Source: Podarcis cretensis (Eukaryota). Taken from it: a DNA stretch of 64,000 bases. The position numbers and the translations under genes are program-made. The stretch covers positions 41,106,001 to 41,170,000 of the forward strand of contig OX638154.1 of assembly GCA_951804945.1 (NCBI GenBank), written 5' to 3'. This document shows, in pieces, positions 11,787-26,749 of the stretch. A model generated the notes under the pieces. The model saw only the letters and a program-made list of their open reading frames with translations, did not search any database and was not told the DNA's origin. Each line of letters opens with the position of its first letter. Position 1 is the stretch's first letter.

Positions 11787-12108
11787 GAAGCCATGCTATG
11801 GGGGCAGCAGGCACTTTTTCTTCCCTGGCAGCAAAACACTCCAGCTATGGTGGCCCAGAACAATTTCTCTGAACCAGAGCAACGCCTCCTCTTGAGCCAT
11901 AGCTTAGTCATGAATAAAAAGGCCACTCAAGAAAGGTAAGAGAGCCAAGGAATGAATAAGGTTAGTGCAGGGGTGGGTAATGTTGGGGGTTGTATTCCAA
12001 CAACATCTGGAAGGCCACAGGTTAGCCAACCCTAGCCCAGAGAATCACATTTTTTCAGGTTTTGAAATCCCATTTTCCCTTTCAGAGGAGAATAGCAGCT
12101 TCTGTTCA

Positions 12109-12369
<261 letters not shown>

Positions 12370-13175
12370 TCAGGTAAGAGAGTCCACTACAGCAGTGTGG
12401 AACCTCTAGCCTAAGGCTGTAAGTTAGGTTTGCTAGGCCTCTCTCTGCCTTAGGCCTGTGAGGCCATTTTTGGCAAACCACGCCTATCTGTCAGTCACTT
12501 GGCATCTGTTATCTCCAATCTAAACAATACAGTGCTAAGATGAGAGATAACTCTGTGCTCACTCTCTGAACAGGAAGTTGTCAAAGGGCTGGCAGCATTT
12601 TCCTGATCTTCCACCTTAGTGCTGTGAGACCACAGTCCTAACGTCAGAGAGAACACCCTGCTCCTGCTGTTTACTATCAAAGAGCAAACACGAGACTTAT
12701 CTCTGATCTTTATGCTTATTGGACCTGGGGAATCATCTCTGTAGTTCCACTGTACTTCCAGGCACAGTGCAACACTGGAAAACTAGCCCTGACCCACAGC
12801 TCATATTGGAGAGAAAGGCTGAGGTCCCTCTTGTTTACACTTGTTGACAGAAAGCAATGGAGCACTCCCCATGGCAAACATGGAAAGCTGAATTGTGAAC
12901 TTTTGTGAACCTGGATGATGAAGGGCCCTGGGGAGACAGGTTAAGGGCACAGCTGTGCTATACACGGAGCAGCAAGAAAGCACTAGCATCAGTGGGATAA
13001 GGAAACATGTTGTCTTGTACACATTTGCTTAGCATGTTTCCTGCCCTTCTCTTCAGCACAAATGCACTCCAAGCAGCAAACTAACTAAAAGGACATTAGG
13101 AAAAACAGGTTCCAAGGTACTTTCAATGTTAAAACCACTTTGAGGTGTGGCATGCTGCAAACCACCTGCCTAAAT

Positions 13176-13362
13176 CAGGGGTGCCCAAACTTTTTTCAAA
13201 GAAGGCCAGATTTGATGACGTGAACATGTGTGAGGGCCGACCAAAGTTGTTGAGCTTTTTTTTTAGGATTGAAATTGCTGAGCTTTATTAGGATTTTACC
13301 CCAGGACATATGCTGCCACGGGGGCCATATTAGGCCCCCGAAACCGATTTAGGATATGCCTG
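13176..13362. mobile_element. hAT MITE
   Basis: CAGGGGTGCCCAAA...GATATGCCTG; 8-bp TSD GCCTAAAT. Confidence 0.88.
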
Positions 13363-14101
13363 GCCTAAATTCTATGAGCCGTTGTCTCAGTGCATTAGTA
13401 GCTCATCAACTGGGACAAACATTTTAGCAATGACTCAGCATATAAAACAAGCAGTGCTCCAAGTACAACGTAATCATATCACATGTGCATGTTTCTTGCA
13501 CGAATTCAGTTGCAAAAGCTTGGCTCCAGCAGCAACAGCCTTCCTAGCACAGTTGCAAGAAAGACTAAGGCAGAAGGGAGGAGGGAGGCAGACAGAGAGA
13601 GATGCAGACAGAAGAAAATGGGTGGAATGAAACTACAGCTTCTGCCTGCCTCTCTCCTCCTTTCTGCAGGCATGAGAACTGGATTCCTTCTTCCTCTGCC
13701 TCCACCGCTTTGCCGCTCGTCTTGCAGTCAAGGGAGGCAGGGTATCTTCTTCCTCTGGCAGCGGCCTTGGAAAATATTCCCAATTTCATCTTCCCCACAA
13801 TCAATGCATCCAATTTTATTTCTACCGCCTAGGGCTTGTTCCTAAAGTGTGTTGAATCAGCCAGCATCATCTGTGCTTTTTTCCTTGATATTGACAAAGG
13901 ATCTTCCTCAATGACTCAATAAACAGAACATGCCGGAAGCACAGCCCTTCCCAGTTAACTGGCTCAAGAATATCCCAGAAGAAGACTGAACATCCCTAAC
14001 TTTGGAACTTTATTGAATCCTGCCAGGAGCAAGTACACACAGAGGAGAATATACAAAGCAACTAACTGTGCCATGCAGTACAGTGCAGAAGAATAGACTT
14101 A

Positions 14102-14206
<105 letters not shown>

Positions 14207-14492
14207 TCAACTTTGTCACACATGCTATCAGTACAACTTTGTCACATGCTATCAGTACAATTTTCAGACATTTACACTTCAAGAGGACAGGCTGTCCCCC
14301 TCTCTGGGGAGCTTATTACCCTTGGAACTGTGCCTGGAGTACAGTTGCAAAATAATATGCTGTTTGGATACACTTTACCTGGCACTTGATATTAGTTCTC
14401 AGTTCATGGGAAAACCTCTGACACCAAGGCTGTTTGCCATAGAACATTTATAAAACTGCCAGCGAAGGACATTAAAGGGTCCCAGAAAAGTA

Positions 14493-14848
14493 CCATATTG
14501 GCCCGAATATAAGCTGCACATTTAAAATTGGAGGGAGGAGGGAAAAAGAAAAAATACCCGAATATAAGCGGCTCCCTTCCTCGTTGCTTCTGGCTGCATA
14601 CTGGGGGGGGGGGGGGTAGCCACGCTGCATTGCTGGCAGCCTTTCCCCTTCCTCGCTCTCTCCCTTCCTGGCCTTGGGGGAGAGGACGGGGGACTACATG
14701 TGGGGCGGGCACCGCTTTGCCACGCTCCTGCTGCTGTTTGCCTCACACTCCTGGCTGCATACTGTAAGGTCGCAAATATAAGCCACACTTTAACTTTTCA
14801 AGGTCAGAATTTGGAGGGAAAGTGAGACTTATATTCAGGCCAATACGG
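14493..14848. mobile_element. pogo/Tc2-type MITE
   Basis: TIRs CCATATTGGCCCGAATATAAG / CTTATATTCAGGCCAATACGG. Confidence 0.8.
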
Positions 14849-15456
14849 TGTTTAAAAGTGACCAGAGGTTTTAGCCTTTGAAATTGAATGATGCGTTGCT
14901 TTTCTCTCTTCCATTTAAAAATGGACCAGAACTAAATCCCCAAACTAATAATAATAATAATTAATAATAATAATAATTTCCCAACTTTTTCCCAGGCCAG
15001 AAACTGTTATAGGATGAGGGGGATCACCTGCACAACCTCAATCTGGTCACCACATGATAGTGACACCTGTGTTGGCTGCTTTTGTTAAAGGTTTCACCCT
15101 GTGCCAATCCCTTTTCTTTCCAGAATACTAAGTAGGCAGCACAAGCAATCTATTGGAAGCACATAGAGACCAGCTTTTGAAGCATGCTCACCTGTTTGCC
15201 CAATCAGCTGCAGCCCAGTGCTGAGGTTTTAAACTTGAGAGAGATGCCATTTAGTTTAAATGATGTAGCAAATGAAATAAAATGATTGGGCTGCTTGCTT
15301 GAAAATCTTGAAAAACCCATCCCTGCTCTTATTACAAAATGCAACAGCAGTGTACATGTGCCCTGAAGCTCACCATCACTATTTCTATGAAAAAGAGAGG
15401 TGCTGGAGGTTGCAATTCTTATGTCTCAGAAGCGGGTGATGCTCTCCAATGGTTTA

Positions 15457-15615
<159 letters not shown>

Positions 15616-16702
15616 TTAAGAGAAAACTATATTTTGCACCACCTTGCAGACCCTAGGCTGGGCACATGGTAAGAACTAATGATCAGGTGTCCATTAACCT
15701 TTGCTTATTGATTTATACCATTTCCTCATGCATCTGCAGTAAAAATTACTCCCAAGGAAGCCTGACAGTCATTTCAAAGACATTTAAAGACAGTAGAAAA
15801 GTGAAGCACAGCTATGAATAAAAAACAGGAACAGACTAAGAAACAACAGCATTAACAGGGGCAAGTGAAAACAATCCAAATGAAATTTTTAAAAGACCTG
15901 GGGGAATGAAAACAGTCTTTTCCTGGTGCTAGAAAGGCATGATAGTGACAGGCAAGCATCCCCAACTGAAAAGGCCCTCTCAATAGCTGCAATTATGCAG
16001 ATGCCATTACACATCTGTGTACATTAGGTATATGATCCAGATTATATTGACAATTCCCTATAATGCTTATGCTACTGAGTTTATTTGCAGTCCTCAAGAG
16101 ATGATGCGTTTTATATTTGCAAGGTCAAAGCTTCAGAGAGTCTTTTACAGCAGACACTAGGACATTAGAGGGATTTATAGAGGAACAGAGGAATTAAACA
16201 CATATTTACAGGGGAAATGGTGGTATTGCCAATTTACCCTCCCAAATTAAATAAATACCTGAAGTAAACATAGTCTCTGAACTCTTTATAAGTGTTGGCC
16301 ACAAGGCTCTTGACCAGTTTATTGAAATGCAACGTTCCCTAGCCCATTTGTTCAGCGAATGAAATGTTATGTAATGTTTATTAGCACAAAGCTTAAGGTT
16401 GTGAACTTTTGGTGGGCAGGAATTCAGCCACGAAGGGAGTAGGCAGCATTACAGAGAGTTTTCAATTTTGACATCTAACCATGTTTTAGTGTTAAATGGA
16501 TGAGCCTCATTGAAAAACCGCTACACATACCTGTTGAAGTCCTCCAGCTGCTTCCCTGTGGCTCATTCAGGCTCAGCCACAGACTGCTAAACTATGGTTT
16601 CGCCTTAGGTGGGAACATGGTCGGTATGTAAAAATCTTTGGTCTATGCAAGTGGCATGTTAATGGAGTGTGTGTGTGTATTTGAATTTGAATTTGAGTAT
16701 TG

Positions 16703-16706
<4 letters not shown>

Positions 16707-16754
<48 letters not shown>

Positions 16755-16826
16755 TCTGTGTGTGTGTGTTGTAGTAGAAGTAGTAGTAGTAGTATTAGCA
16801 GAAGCAGCAGCAGCAGCAGCAGCAGC
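16707..16826. repeat. Compound microsatellite (CT)n(GT)n(AGT)n(AGC)n
   Basis: Direct tandem repeats. Confidence 0.95.
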
Positions 16827-17951
16827 AAGAGTAAACTAGAATGTGAACGGCTTAGATTGAGAAGATATATGGGGGAGGGAACCTAAAACTACCCTTCACA
16901 CTTGAGAGTGTATACCCGCCCACTTCTCAACTTCTATCAGTGTATGCAAGTATATATTTTGTTTCAGAAAGCATAAAATGATCAACATATACTTTGCACC
17001 TTGAATATTAATAATATAGATCAAGATCCACAGCAGGCATGTGTGTGCAGTGGAGAGAGCCAATATGTATCTAGAGCTCTGTTTTCACTATTCACAGCTG
17101 CAGATTATGACCCAAACAACCAGATCCCTGTTCAGCGCGGGGTGTGTGTTAGTTTTTAGATGTTTCAGCAGTGGTGCAGTGAAACCAAGGCTCGAGTTGT
17201 CCACATGAATACCCCCTTCTTGATATTCTTTATCTAAATAACATGCACCTGTTCCTGCATCTCCATAAAAGAGAAGAGCCAAAAAGAACAAGACTAAAAA
17301 TACGGTTCCATAGCCTTTGAGGACTTTAAATTTCATAACTTAGGAGAGAAAGAATGTGCTGGCAGGTGATGTAGAATTATGTAACAGGCAGGGAAAAGGG
17401 AAACATTTTCAAGCCCATCCTATTGCCTCAGGGGCAGTGGATTATAATTACAGCAATTGGATTTTTCCAGCCTTGTCCTAAATCTAACAAAGAATCTACC
17501 TTTTATTTTAAAAAAAACATGCTTGGGAGCCCTTTCTGTTAACAAGGAATCTTAGTCCAAATATCCTGAGGGGTGGGTTCTAGACAAAAGGAACCACCTA
17601 ACCAAATTAGCATTCTTCCAGTAATTCATTAACTTTTCCTTACCATGCTGAGCTGCACAATTGCTATTCCTCAGTGCGGTTGCATTCTAGACTTTGTTCA
17701 CGTGTCTCTGATTAGCTGAAAACCACATCCAGAGAAGGTTCTTCCAGAGCACCTGCCTACATGAACCTAGTGCAATAACGCTGGAGGTATTAATTTTACC
17801 CACAGTCTCTTCAGGAATTAAACTGGGGTTGCTCTGATTTAAATATGCTACCCTTGCTTTGCCCTCTCTGTTAACATGACAAGCGAGCAAGGGCTGCCTA
17901 TTTAAACTAGCACAGACAAACATGTGCCCTCACCATCCACTCATAAAGCAT

Positions 17952-18185
17952 GGGTGGCGCTGTGGTCTAAACCACTGAGCCTCTTGGGCTTGCTGATCGG
18001 AAGGTCGGCAGTTCAAATCCCCATGACAGGGTGAGCTCCCATTGCTCTGTCCCAGCTCCTGCCAACCTAGCAGTTTGAAAGCACACCAGTGCAAGTAGAT
18101 AAATAGGTACCACTGCGGTGGAAAGGTAAACGGTGTTTCTGTGCAATCTGGTTTCTGTCACAGTGTCCCGTTGCACCAGAAGCAG
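17952..18185 (+). mobile_element. Sauria SINE, 3'-truncated
   Basis: GGGTGGCGCTGTGGTCTAAACC head and GCAAGTAGATAAATAGGTACC core; tail missing. Confidence 0.85.
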
Positions 18186-18984
18186 CTGCCAGTACTGGTC
18201 AGTGAGAGGATGAAGGGGTTCCTCTTTCAGAGACCAACCCAGGTGGAAGGGTGGGTGGGTTTGGATCTACATCTTCTCAGGATGCTTTCAAATCATAAAA
18301 ATAAAGGAACATTTCCTCCTTTGCTGGCAGACACTGCTGATATCAGAGGTAGGTAGTATTTGTTTTGTGCCACTGTTCGGTTCAATTAAATTTTAGACCT
18401 CCTAAATCAAATTTAGTACTATTCCAGAAGCCATCTGTTGCTGGCATTTTACTGCTGGTACCACATGAATTGCACACATCACATGAAGTGTAAGGATTGG
18501 TTGCAATGAAATAATCCAATCTTACTCCCACCAAACCACTACACATGCATGACCCCAGATTTTTAGGGTCAAACTGGACATGAAATTATTTGACATAACA
18601 AATTAGACATGACATTTGGCTTTCCAGAGTTCCCCCCTAATAAATAGCCAGTGTATTGGGGGGAGCCAGACTGGGCTAAAGGCATGTGAGGAAAGGGGGA
18701 ATTAACTCTTTGCTCCTGCCATGGCGTTAGTCCCAATCTCCCAGTGCCTTCTATTTGCAGCCAGAAGGAAGCTCACATTGGCATAAAAATGAATTTCAGG
18801 AGCTGGGAGGCTAGAGCAATTTGAATAAGAACCATGGCTGGGGCACATAGTTAAATCCTCCTCCTTACCATGGTCCTAATCAGGACGCCTTTTGCCATGT
18901 TGGTTATGCACTGAAAACCACCACCACACAAGGCCAAGTGATATGAACAGCATTGTGTCTGGACCTTAGGAACACCTTCATTTG

Positions 18985-19341
<357 letters not shown>

Positions 19342-19840
19342 TTAGAGGGAACAAAGAACATTACTGGTCAGGTTTCAGAGCAGAAACAAATGTGACGAAG
19401 AACATGAAGCTGATGCTGCCCCATGGTGTGGTCCTCCTCTTCTCCACCACAACATCTACATAGCTTACCCGCCTTGATGTTTCCTCACCTTTCCTCCACA
19501 TCACTGGGTGCTGTTGGCAAGAGAACGTGGTGCCACGTTCCTGACCACAGACTTAATTCAGGTGATCAGAAACAAAAGTATGAGCTCATGGTTTCCTTTC
19601 CATGTCATTTCTAGTCATACTTCGTCATGACATCCAAACTGGCAAACTGAACGCTAGTCCAGAATCGGAAATCCACCTCAGTCCTTTACTTGCAGGTTCC
19701 AGTTTGTTTGTCCTTTGACATACAGAGGGCCAGTGGTCCCCCTTCTCTGCCTTAAAAAGTAAACAGTTGTGCCTGAAGTCTTAAGACTTAAATTGTCAAC
19801 GCATGTTAAGCTTTAAGAAATCTATTGTATCCCTTCATAC

Positions 19841-19905
19841 CTCTTTCTGTGAACGCCTGGTCTCCTCTGTCTTGAATTCGACTGAAGAGTTCCCCACCAT
19901 CCAAG
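19841..19905 (-). CDS. MAPKAPK2: MAPKAPK2 coding exon 3 (65 nt)
   Basis: (C)LDGGELFSRIQDRGDQAFTER; tttcag acceptor, gtatga donor; phase fits exons 2 and 4. Confidence 0.97.
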
Positions 19906-21039
19906 CTGAAAGTCATAAACAAGTGCAGTTACAAAAATGGAAGCAACAAGAATTACTGCCTAAGCAAAACCACCACCAGGCTATGAGTACATTTCCATGC
20001 ACACACACATCACTTTCCCAAGGCCTCTGGGTGAAACTCAGATCAGATCCATTTGGAATTAATCTGAGCCTTGAAAAGCACATATAGGGTTGAAAAAGAG
20101 AGTAGGAAAGAGTGTCACTCTTCCTCCTTCAGCTCTATGTAGTTTTCCAAGGAGAAAAAGGTAACTACCATCACCACAATCATGACCAAGGGACCTGGGG
20201 CTCAGAGGGTTTGTGGGCACCAGGGAAAGACATCAATAAAGTTATTTAGGGCATAGATTGTTTCAACAGAAATGTGGCAGTGAACCCATGTAGTCAGCAC
20301 CCATCCCAAGAAGCTTGCAACGGCCACAGTGCAGTTAATAAGCATAGAGTGATATATCTGCTCAAATGTCTCTGAATGAAAAGAAGAACAAGGCAAGCTC
20401 TAAAAGACTGAAGCTCCTTTAAAGATGTAAGGCATGGAGATTAAAAGAAAGAAACATATTAAACTGGCTTACAATTTGACTTTAACTATCTTGATGAGAA
20501 TCGCTTTGGAACAAATCTATCTATCTATATATTGGAAGAAAAAGGTGTGGGGGCAGAAAAGAGCAAAATCCTAATAAAGTAATAGGTCTATTAGCATCTA
20601 ATGTAGCTTCAAACTTTGCTTAGAAGTTTTCCACTGTTCAAGATGTTTTGTCACATAAAACACTGAAGAGCTTTCTTCTGTCTGTCTGCTTCTGATGCTA
20701 CCTAGGACTTTGACTTGCCCTGTACAATTGCCTATCGCAGCCAATGGTTGCAGAAGCACCAAGCAGTTCACACAACCTGTATCACCCCATCCTGCAGCCC
20801 CTTGTAACTCAATAATTTTCTCCAAACAATCAGTAGGGCTTTGTCACACAGTGTAAGGTGGGGTCAGTGTAGGGGGATGGCCATCAGGTGGAGCACTTTT
20901 CTGCTAGCAGAGCTCCCCCTGGTGGAGGCTCCCTCAGCTCACATTCAGGCACTTCCCCCGTCCCGGCTTTTAAAAGTTCAGCAGCAGGACCGGATTCCTA
21001 GTGTTCAGTCTCTTCCCTTCTTGGAATAGGAATGACCTT

Positions 21040-21330
21040 GCCATGATCTAAGCATGTCAGGATTGGATTACTGCAGTGCATTGCACACTGCAATTCCTTT
21101 GAAGACCACTCAGAACATTCAAGTTGGTTCAGAATGCAGCGGCAAGTCTGCTAATGTCAACAGCCAGAAATCAATACATTGCATTCATCTTTCAATATAT
21201 TTATTGGCTCCTGTTGTGTTTCCAAATTAAAATGCTCGTTTTGATTTATAAAGCCTTAAATGGCCTAGGTCCAAGGAATCTGGAAAAACTGCTTCCTTCC
21301 ATAGAAGCCTGTCTGCTTACTTAAATCTGC
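21040..21330 (+). mobile_element. L2 LINE fragment
   Basis: Degenerate RLDYC...LVQNAAA.LL...LHWL...KMLVLIYKALNGLGP, typical of the L2 ORF2 C-terminus. Confidence 0.75.
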
Positions 21331-22239
21331 ATTAGATTAGGTGTTTGTATCTTTTCCACCGTGCCACCATATCCTCTAAAGCTGTATCCCACAAAACATC
21401 CAGGGACGTTCTTCTGTGTTACCATACATCTAAAAGTGTTTCACGAAAGAAATCCACAGCTAGTATTTAGACACTCAGTAAAGACCTGATGATTTGCCCT
21501 AGTTTCTATCTCGCTATTTCTTTCTTACTGCGTTGCACTTCCTTACTATGGTTTTTCTTGTTTTGAATGTGGTCCCCACAAAAAAAAATTTTTTTAAGCC
21601 ACTCTGGGCATTTCTCTCCAAAAATCATGGTGTACAGATGTTAAGCAAATAAATAAAATAAAAGCACCCACCCCACCCCCGGATTTAAGCAAGGGTAAGA
21701 ATCGTGAATTTCTCTTTTAAAAGTAAATTACAGCAACAACCCAAAAAAAGTCATCTGAAGCACTTTACCCAAGAGAAAAGTTTAGAAAGCAGGAAATGAG
21801 TTAAAAACAAAACAAAACACCCCACAACTTCTATAATCTCTCCCTGATTCACACCCTGCCCACCCACCCACAACTCTGCCAGTTTCAGTACCAATTTACC
21901 CAAGTAGAAACACTTAAAATCTGTATCAGCTAACTCTTTGCAAGGAAGATGCCCTATCTTTAGCAAACTTATGGTTGGGAATAAATTATCTTGGCACTGT
22001 AATAGTTGCATATGTTAATGAGTTCAAATGCAGATCTAAATGCCATTTCCAGTGAAAATGAATGGTATATATGGGTTGTGGAACTACCCTTAAAGGTGGG
22101 TCATATCCACATTTAGGGAATGTAGTGAAAAAACAGCACTTCTGACTACAAAGCTCTGTGTGGTGCTCTCCAGCTGTGAACAGTGATTAAGCATGGCCAA
22201 CTGCACAACTCACTCTGTCCCATCAAACCACAACACTCA

Positions 22240-22524
<285 letters not shown>

Positions 22525-22560
22525 TCAGATTTTACACAATCCCCCAAAAGAACACAATCT

Positions 22561-22628
22561 CTCTCTCTCTCTTTCTTCTTCTTCTTCTTCTTCTTCTTCT
22601 TCTTCTTCTTCTTCTTCTTCTTCTTCTT
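22561..22628. repeat. (CT)n(CTT)n microsatellite
   Basis: Direct tandem repeat; source of the poly-Leu ORF. Confidence 0.95.
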
Positions 22629-23631
22629 TCAAGTAGTTTGTTTAACAAATCTTTGCATCTGTCATGTTCACAACAGCTAAGCAGATCCTAAGTCCCATTT
22701 TACAGATTGGGAACTAAGTGACCTCCCATAGTCAAGTCAGGAATGGCTGAGGCGGTAAGTACAAGATGGGAGCTGCACCTTGGGGTTTTCTTGGTGCGCC
22801 CACAAAGTCCTGACCGCACTATTACCTTGTCCCTATACCATCCTGGTAAGTGGCAGAGACACTGTTTTCTGTAGAATGGCATAGCACCATTCCACTATGT
22901 CAGCCACTCCTAGCTTAAGTGACAAACATGAAGTGCATCAAAAGGACCCAATTCAATAATTCACTGAACATTTTATCACATTAAGATTCCTCACCCCCCC
23001 AATTTCTTCCAAGAACTTTAGGATGCTACTGTATACTTTCTTATTTTTGCCCAAGAAACCCACCACAAAATGGGATGAAAGATGGACAAGGCCACCTTGA
23101 GAACTTCACAAGCAGGGGCTTGAACCAGACAAAAAACCATGAAGTCTGATGTAACATTCAGAAGAAGTTGCATTTGAATCCCTTATGAAGCCAGCAAAAC
23201 AAATAAAATATCAAGGTATGCACTGCCATCTTGTGGTGAATACTGTCACTGCAACTCAGGCTACTTGGCTGGAGCAACCAATTGTGGATGTTAGCAAACC
23301 ATCTCCTAACTATAACCGAGGCTACCCTTCCTGAATCCCAAAATGGTTTTTGACCTTCTAAGGGGAAAATGGATATGATTTTCACTGTGTGACAGCATCA
23401 AGAAAAATGCAGGGAACAAAATCAACCCCTACATATGGTTGTTTATTGACCTAAGACCTTCAACACTACACTGTAAATTGTACTGCCCCATGGACTGTCC
23501 TTCTGAAAATTGGCTGCTCATATAAATGTGTGAACATCCTTTGGCTCCTCCACAATAATATGATGGCAACAATCGCCATTCACAGTGGGTCATGCGTTAA
23601 ACAGGGATATATTATCACCCCAACTCTATTA

Positions 23632-23867
23632 CAGTGGTACCTTGGTACTTGAACGGCTCGGCTCCCGAACAAATTGGCTCCTGAATACTGCAAACCCGGA
23701 AATAAGTGTTCCAGTTTGCAAACGATTTTCAGAAGCCAAACGTCTGACGCTGCTTCCGCTTGAGTGCAAGAAGCTCCTGCAGCCAAATGGAAGCCGCGCC
23801 TTGGTTTTCAAACGGTTTCGGGAATCATACAGACTCCTGGAACAGTTCGAGAACCAAAGTACCACTG
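23632..23867. mobile_element. MITE inserted in the RTE
   Basis: TIRs CAGTGGTACCTTGGT / ACCAAAGTACCACTG. Confidence 0.8.
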
Positions 23868-24948
23868 AATTTTTATCACCATGATCCTACACATTGTTGA
23901 AGGGAAACTCCCCATTGGTGTAGAAATCATATATCTAGCAGATGGAAAGCTCTTTAACCTGAGTAGGCTGAAAGCAAAGAGTAAGGTTACCGTAATTTCC
24001 GTCATAGAGCTTCAATATACTGATTACAATGTGGAGTGTGCACACTCAGAGGATGACCTCCAAACCATCCTAAATATATTCGCAGCAGCTTAAGGAAAGA
24101 TTGGCCTATCGCTCAATATCCAAAAAACCAAAGTGCTACACCAACAAGCACAAAACAACCCCTCCGCGCCACAAATTCAACTTAATGGTGTAACGTTGGA
24201 AAGTGTCGAACACTTCTCCTACCTGAAGTACAAACTCAAGCATTTCCACAGGGGCCAACAGCGATGCCGAAATCAAGCATCACCTGAGCTCTGCGAGTGC
24301 ACCTTTCTCCCAAGTGAAGCACAGAGTGTTTAAGGACTGGGACATTCAAAGGGAAGGGAAACCAAAATGCTTGTTTACAAATCTATTGTACTACCAACCT
24401 TACTGCATGGGCCACTTATGAATGCCATCTCAAACTCCTTGAAAGATTCCACCAAGATTCCACTTTTACACATCACTTGGGAAGACAGGCGAACTAATGC
24501 CAGTGTACTGGAAGAAGCATAGATCACCAGTGTCAAATCAATAATTCTTAATCATAAACTTTGTTAGACTGTTTGTGTTGTTTGGATGCCTGATTACACT
24601 GGTCAACCACAAATTTGTTGTCTGCATTTTTTCAGTTGATTTAGGACGAATCTGATGCGCTGAATCCAAAAATCACATTGGTTTTGATCAATCAGGTCAA
24701 GGTTTTGAGCTATGGCCACATGTCATTTTTTTACGTTTTTGTTCACATGTACGCTTATGTGGAGCATTTTAGAAGAAGTTGGTGGGGGTAAAATGCCATG
24801 TCGAATAATTGTTTTGATTGGAAATGATTATTTTAATGACAAGAAGTATTCAGGTCCGATAGTTCTGGGTGATTATGTCGAAAAGGGATCAGTTTGAAGT
24901 CATAAAACCTCGAAATCTTCCATAAATTGGTGCGGCAAAGCATAAAGT

Positions 24949-26749
24949 TATTTTGGTATTAAACTTGGTGACCAGGATAAAGCTTGGGCGCCACACATGG
25001 TGTGCAAGGCATGCACCGAGTCTCTACGTGGGTGGACCAATGGCAAGAGGAGTCTGAACTTTGGAATTCCCATGGTTTGGAGGGAGCCGACAAACCATGT
25101 CACTGACTGCTACTTCTGTGCTGTTGATGTGACTGGGATCAACAGAAAGAACCGGAGCAGCCTCAAGTATCCTGATCTTCAATCAGCATGTCGTCCTTTA
25201 GCTCATTGTGATGAAATTCCAGTGCCTATCTTCGGAGAACTTCCTGACATTAGTGACGAAGATGCCTCCAGTGTTGAAGGACATGAAGAAGAAGAAGTGG
25301 TTCTTGAAGATGATGCTCCACATCCATTTTCCCAAAAGGAGTTGAATGATCTAGTTTGCGACCTCAGCTTGTCAAAGGACTCTGCCGAACTGTTGGCATC
25401 CAGATTGAAGGGAAAAAAACCTCCTCTCTGACAGTGCTCACATCAGCTTCTTCCACAACAGGCATCAAGAATACCTCCGTTTTTTTCTCAGAAGAGAAGG
25501 ACTCGGTATACTGTGCAGATATTGCACAGCTTCTGCTCAAGTGCCACAGTACGAACCCAAAGATTGGAGACTGTTCATTGATAGCAGCAAGCGATCACTG
25601 AAATGTGTTCTGCTACACAATGGCAACCAGTTTGCCTCTATACCCCTGGCTCACTCAAGTACACTGAAGGAGAACTATGAAGCGGTGAAGTATGTGCTGG
25701 AGAAAATTGGTTATGATCAGTGTTATGTAGTGAAGTTTCACCCTGGGCCAGCAGGGGGATACTGTATATAGTTTTCACTCAGGTCTGTAGATAGTTTTCA
25801 CTCAGGTCCACGTCAGTTATTTTAGGCGGGAACTCTGGGCTGTTGTTGCTACAATGTTGACAGCCGGCTGCCTATAAAAGCAGGCCGGCTGAGCTGTTTG
25901 CAGTCAGTTCTATTCCAGCTTACAAAATAAAGAGCTACTTGGAGAAATCGCTGTGTCGTCTGCTATGTCAACCCACAACTTAACAATCAGCATAAGTGGT
26001 TTATTTGTGTTGACCTGAAGATGGTGAACTTTTTGTTGGGACAACAGTCTGGCTTCACCAAGTACCCATGTTTTCTGTGCATGTGGGATAGTAGGGACCG
26101 TGCTCAGCATTACACAAAGAAGGACTGGCATGTGCGGGAGGAATTGGTGCCTTGCAAAGAAAGGAACGTCATCAATGACCTTCTGGTGGACAGAGACAGA
26201 ATACTCTTCCCACCGCTGCACATCAACCTCGTCTTAATCAAGCAGTTCACCAAGGATGGTGACTGCTTCACTTACTTGTGCCAGGCTTTTCCAGGATTGA
26301 CCATGGAGAAGTTGAAAGCTGGCATCTTTGACGGTCCTCAGATCCATCAGCTCATCAGAGATCCAGAGTTCCGAAACTCAATGAACGAAGTGGAACTGGA
26401 AGCGTGGAAGGCATTTGTTCTGGTAGTGAAGAACTTTCTTGGCAACAATAAGGCCAGAAACTACGCAGAACTTGTCAACAACATGCTGACTGCTTTCAGA
26501 AACCTGGGCTGCAACATGAGCATCAAGATGCACTACCTATTTTCACATATGGACCGGTTTCCTGAGAACCTGGGTTCAATGAGTGATGAGCAGGGGGAGA
26601 GATTCCATCAGGACATGAAAGAGATGGAGACCAGGTATCAGGGTCGCTGGGACGCAGTCATGATGGCTGACTACTGTTGGACTCTGAAGAGAGACCTCCC
26701 TGCCGCTGAGCATTCCAGGAGTTCCAAGAAACGGAAGTTCAACCCCTGA
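24949..26749 (+). pseudogene. Disrupted Chapaev-type transposase
   Basis: YFGIKLGDQDKAWAPHMVC, WREPTNHVTDCYFC, WRLFIDSSKRSLKCVLLHNGN, CVDLKMVNFLLGQQSGFTKYPCFLC, KMHYLFSH, SDEQGERFHQD; N-terminus missing, frameshifts near 25420-25540, LTR insertion. Confidence 0.88.
25721..25985 (+). mobile_element. Solo LTR (265 bp) inside the transposase
   Basis: TGTTA...TAACA; 5-bp TSD ATCAG; TATAAAA and AATAAA; removing it restores IGYDQ|HKWFICVDLK. Confidence 0.92.

Noticed and set aside
16638-16886. Low-complexity ORFs (poly-Ser/Leu; also 22500-22691)
   Set aside because: Translations of microsatellites
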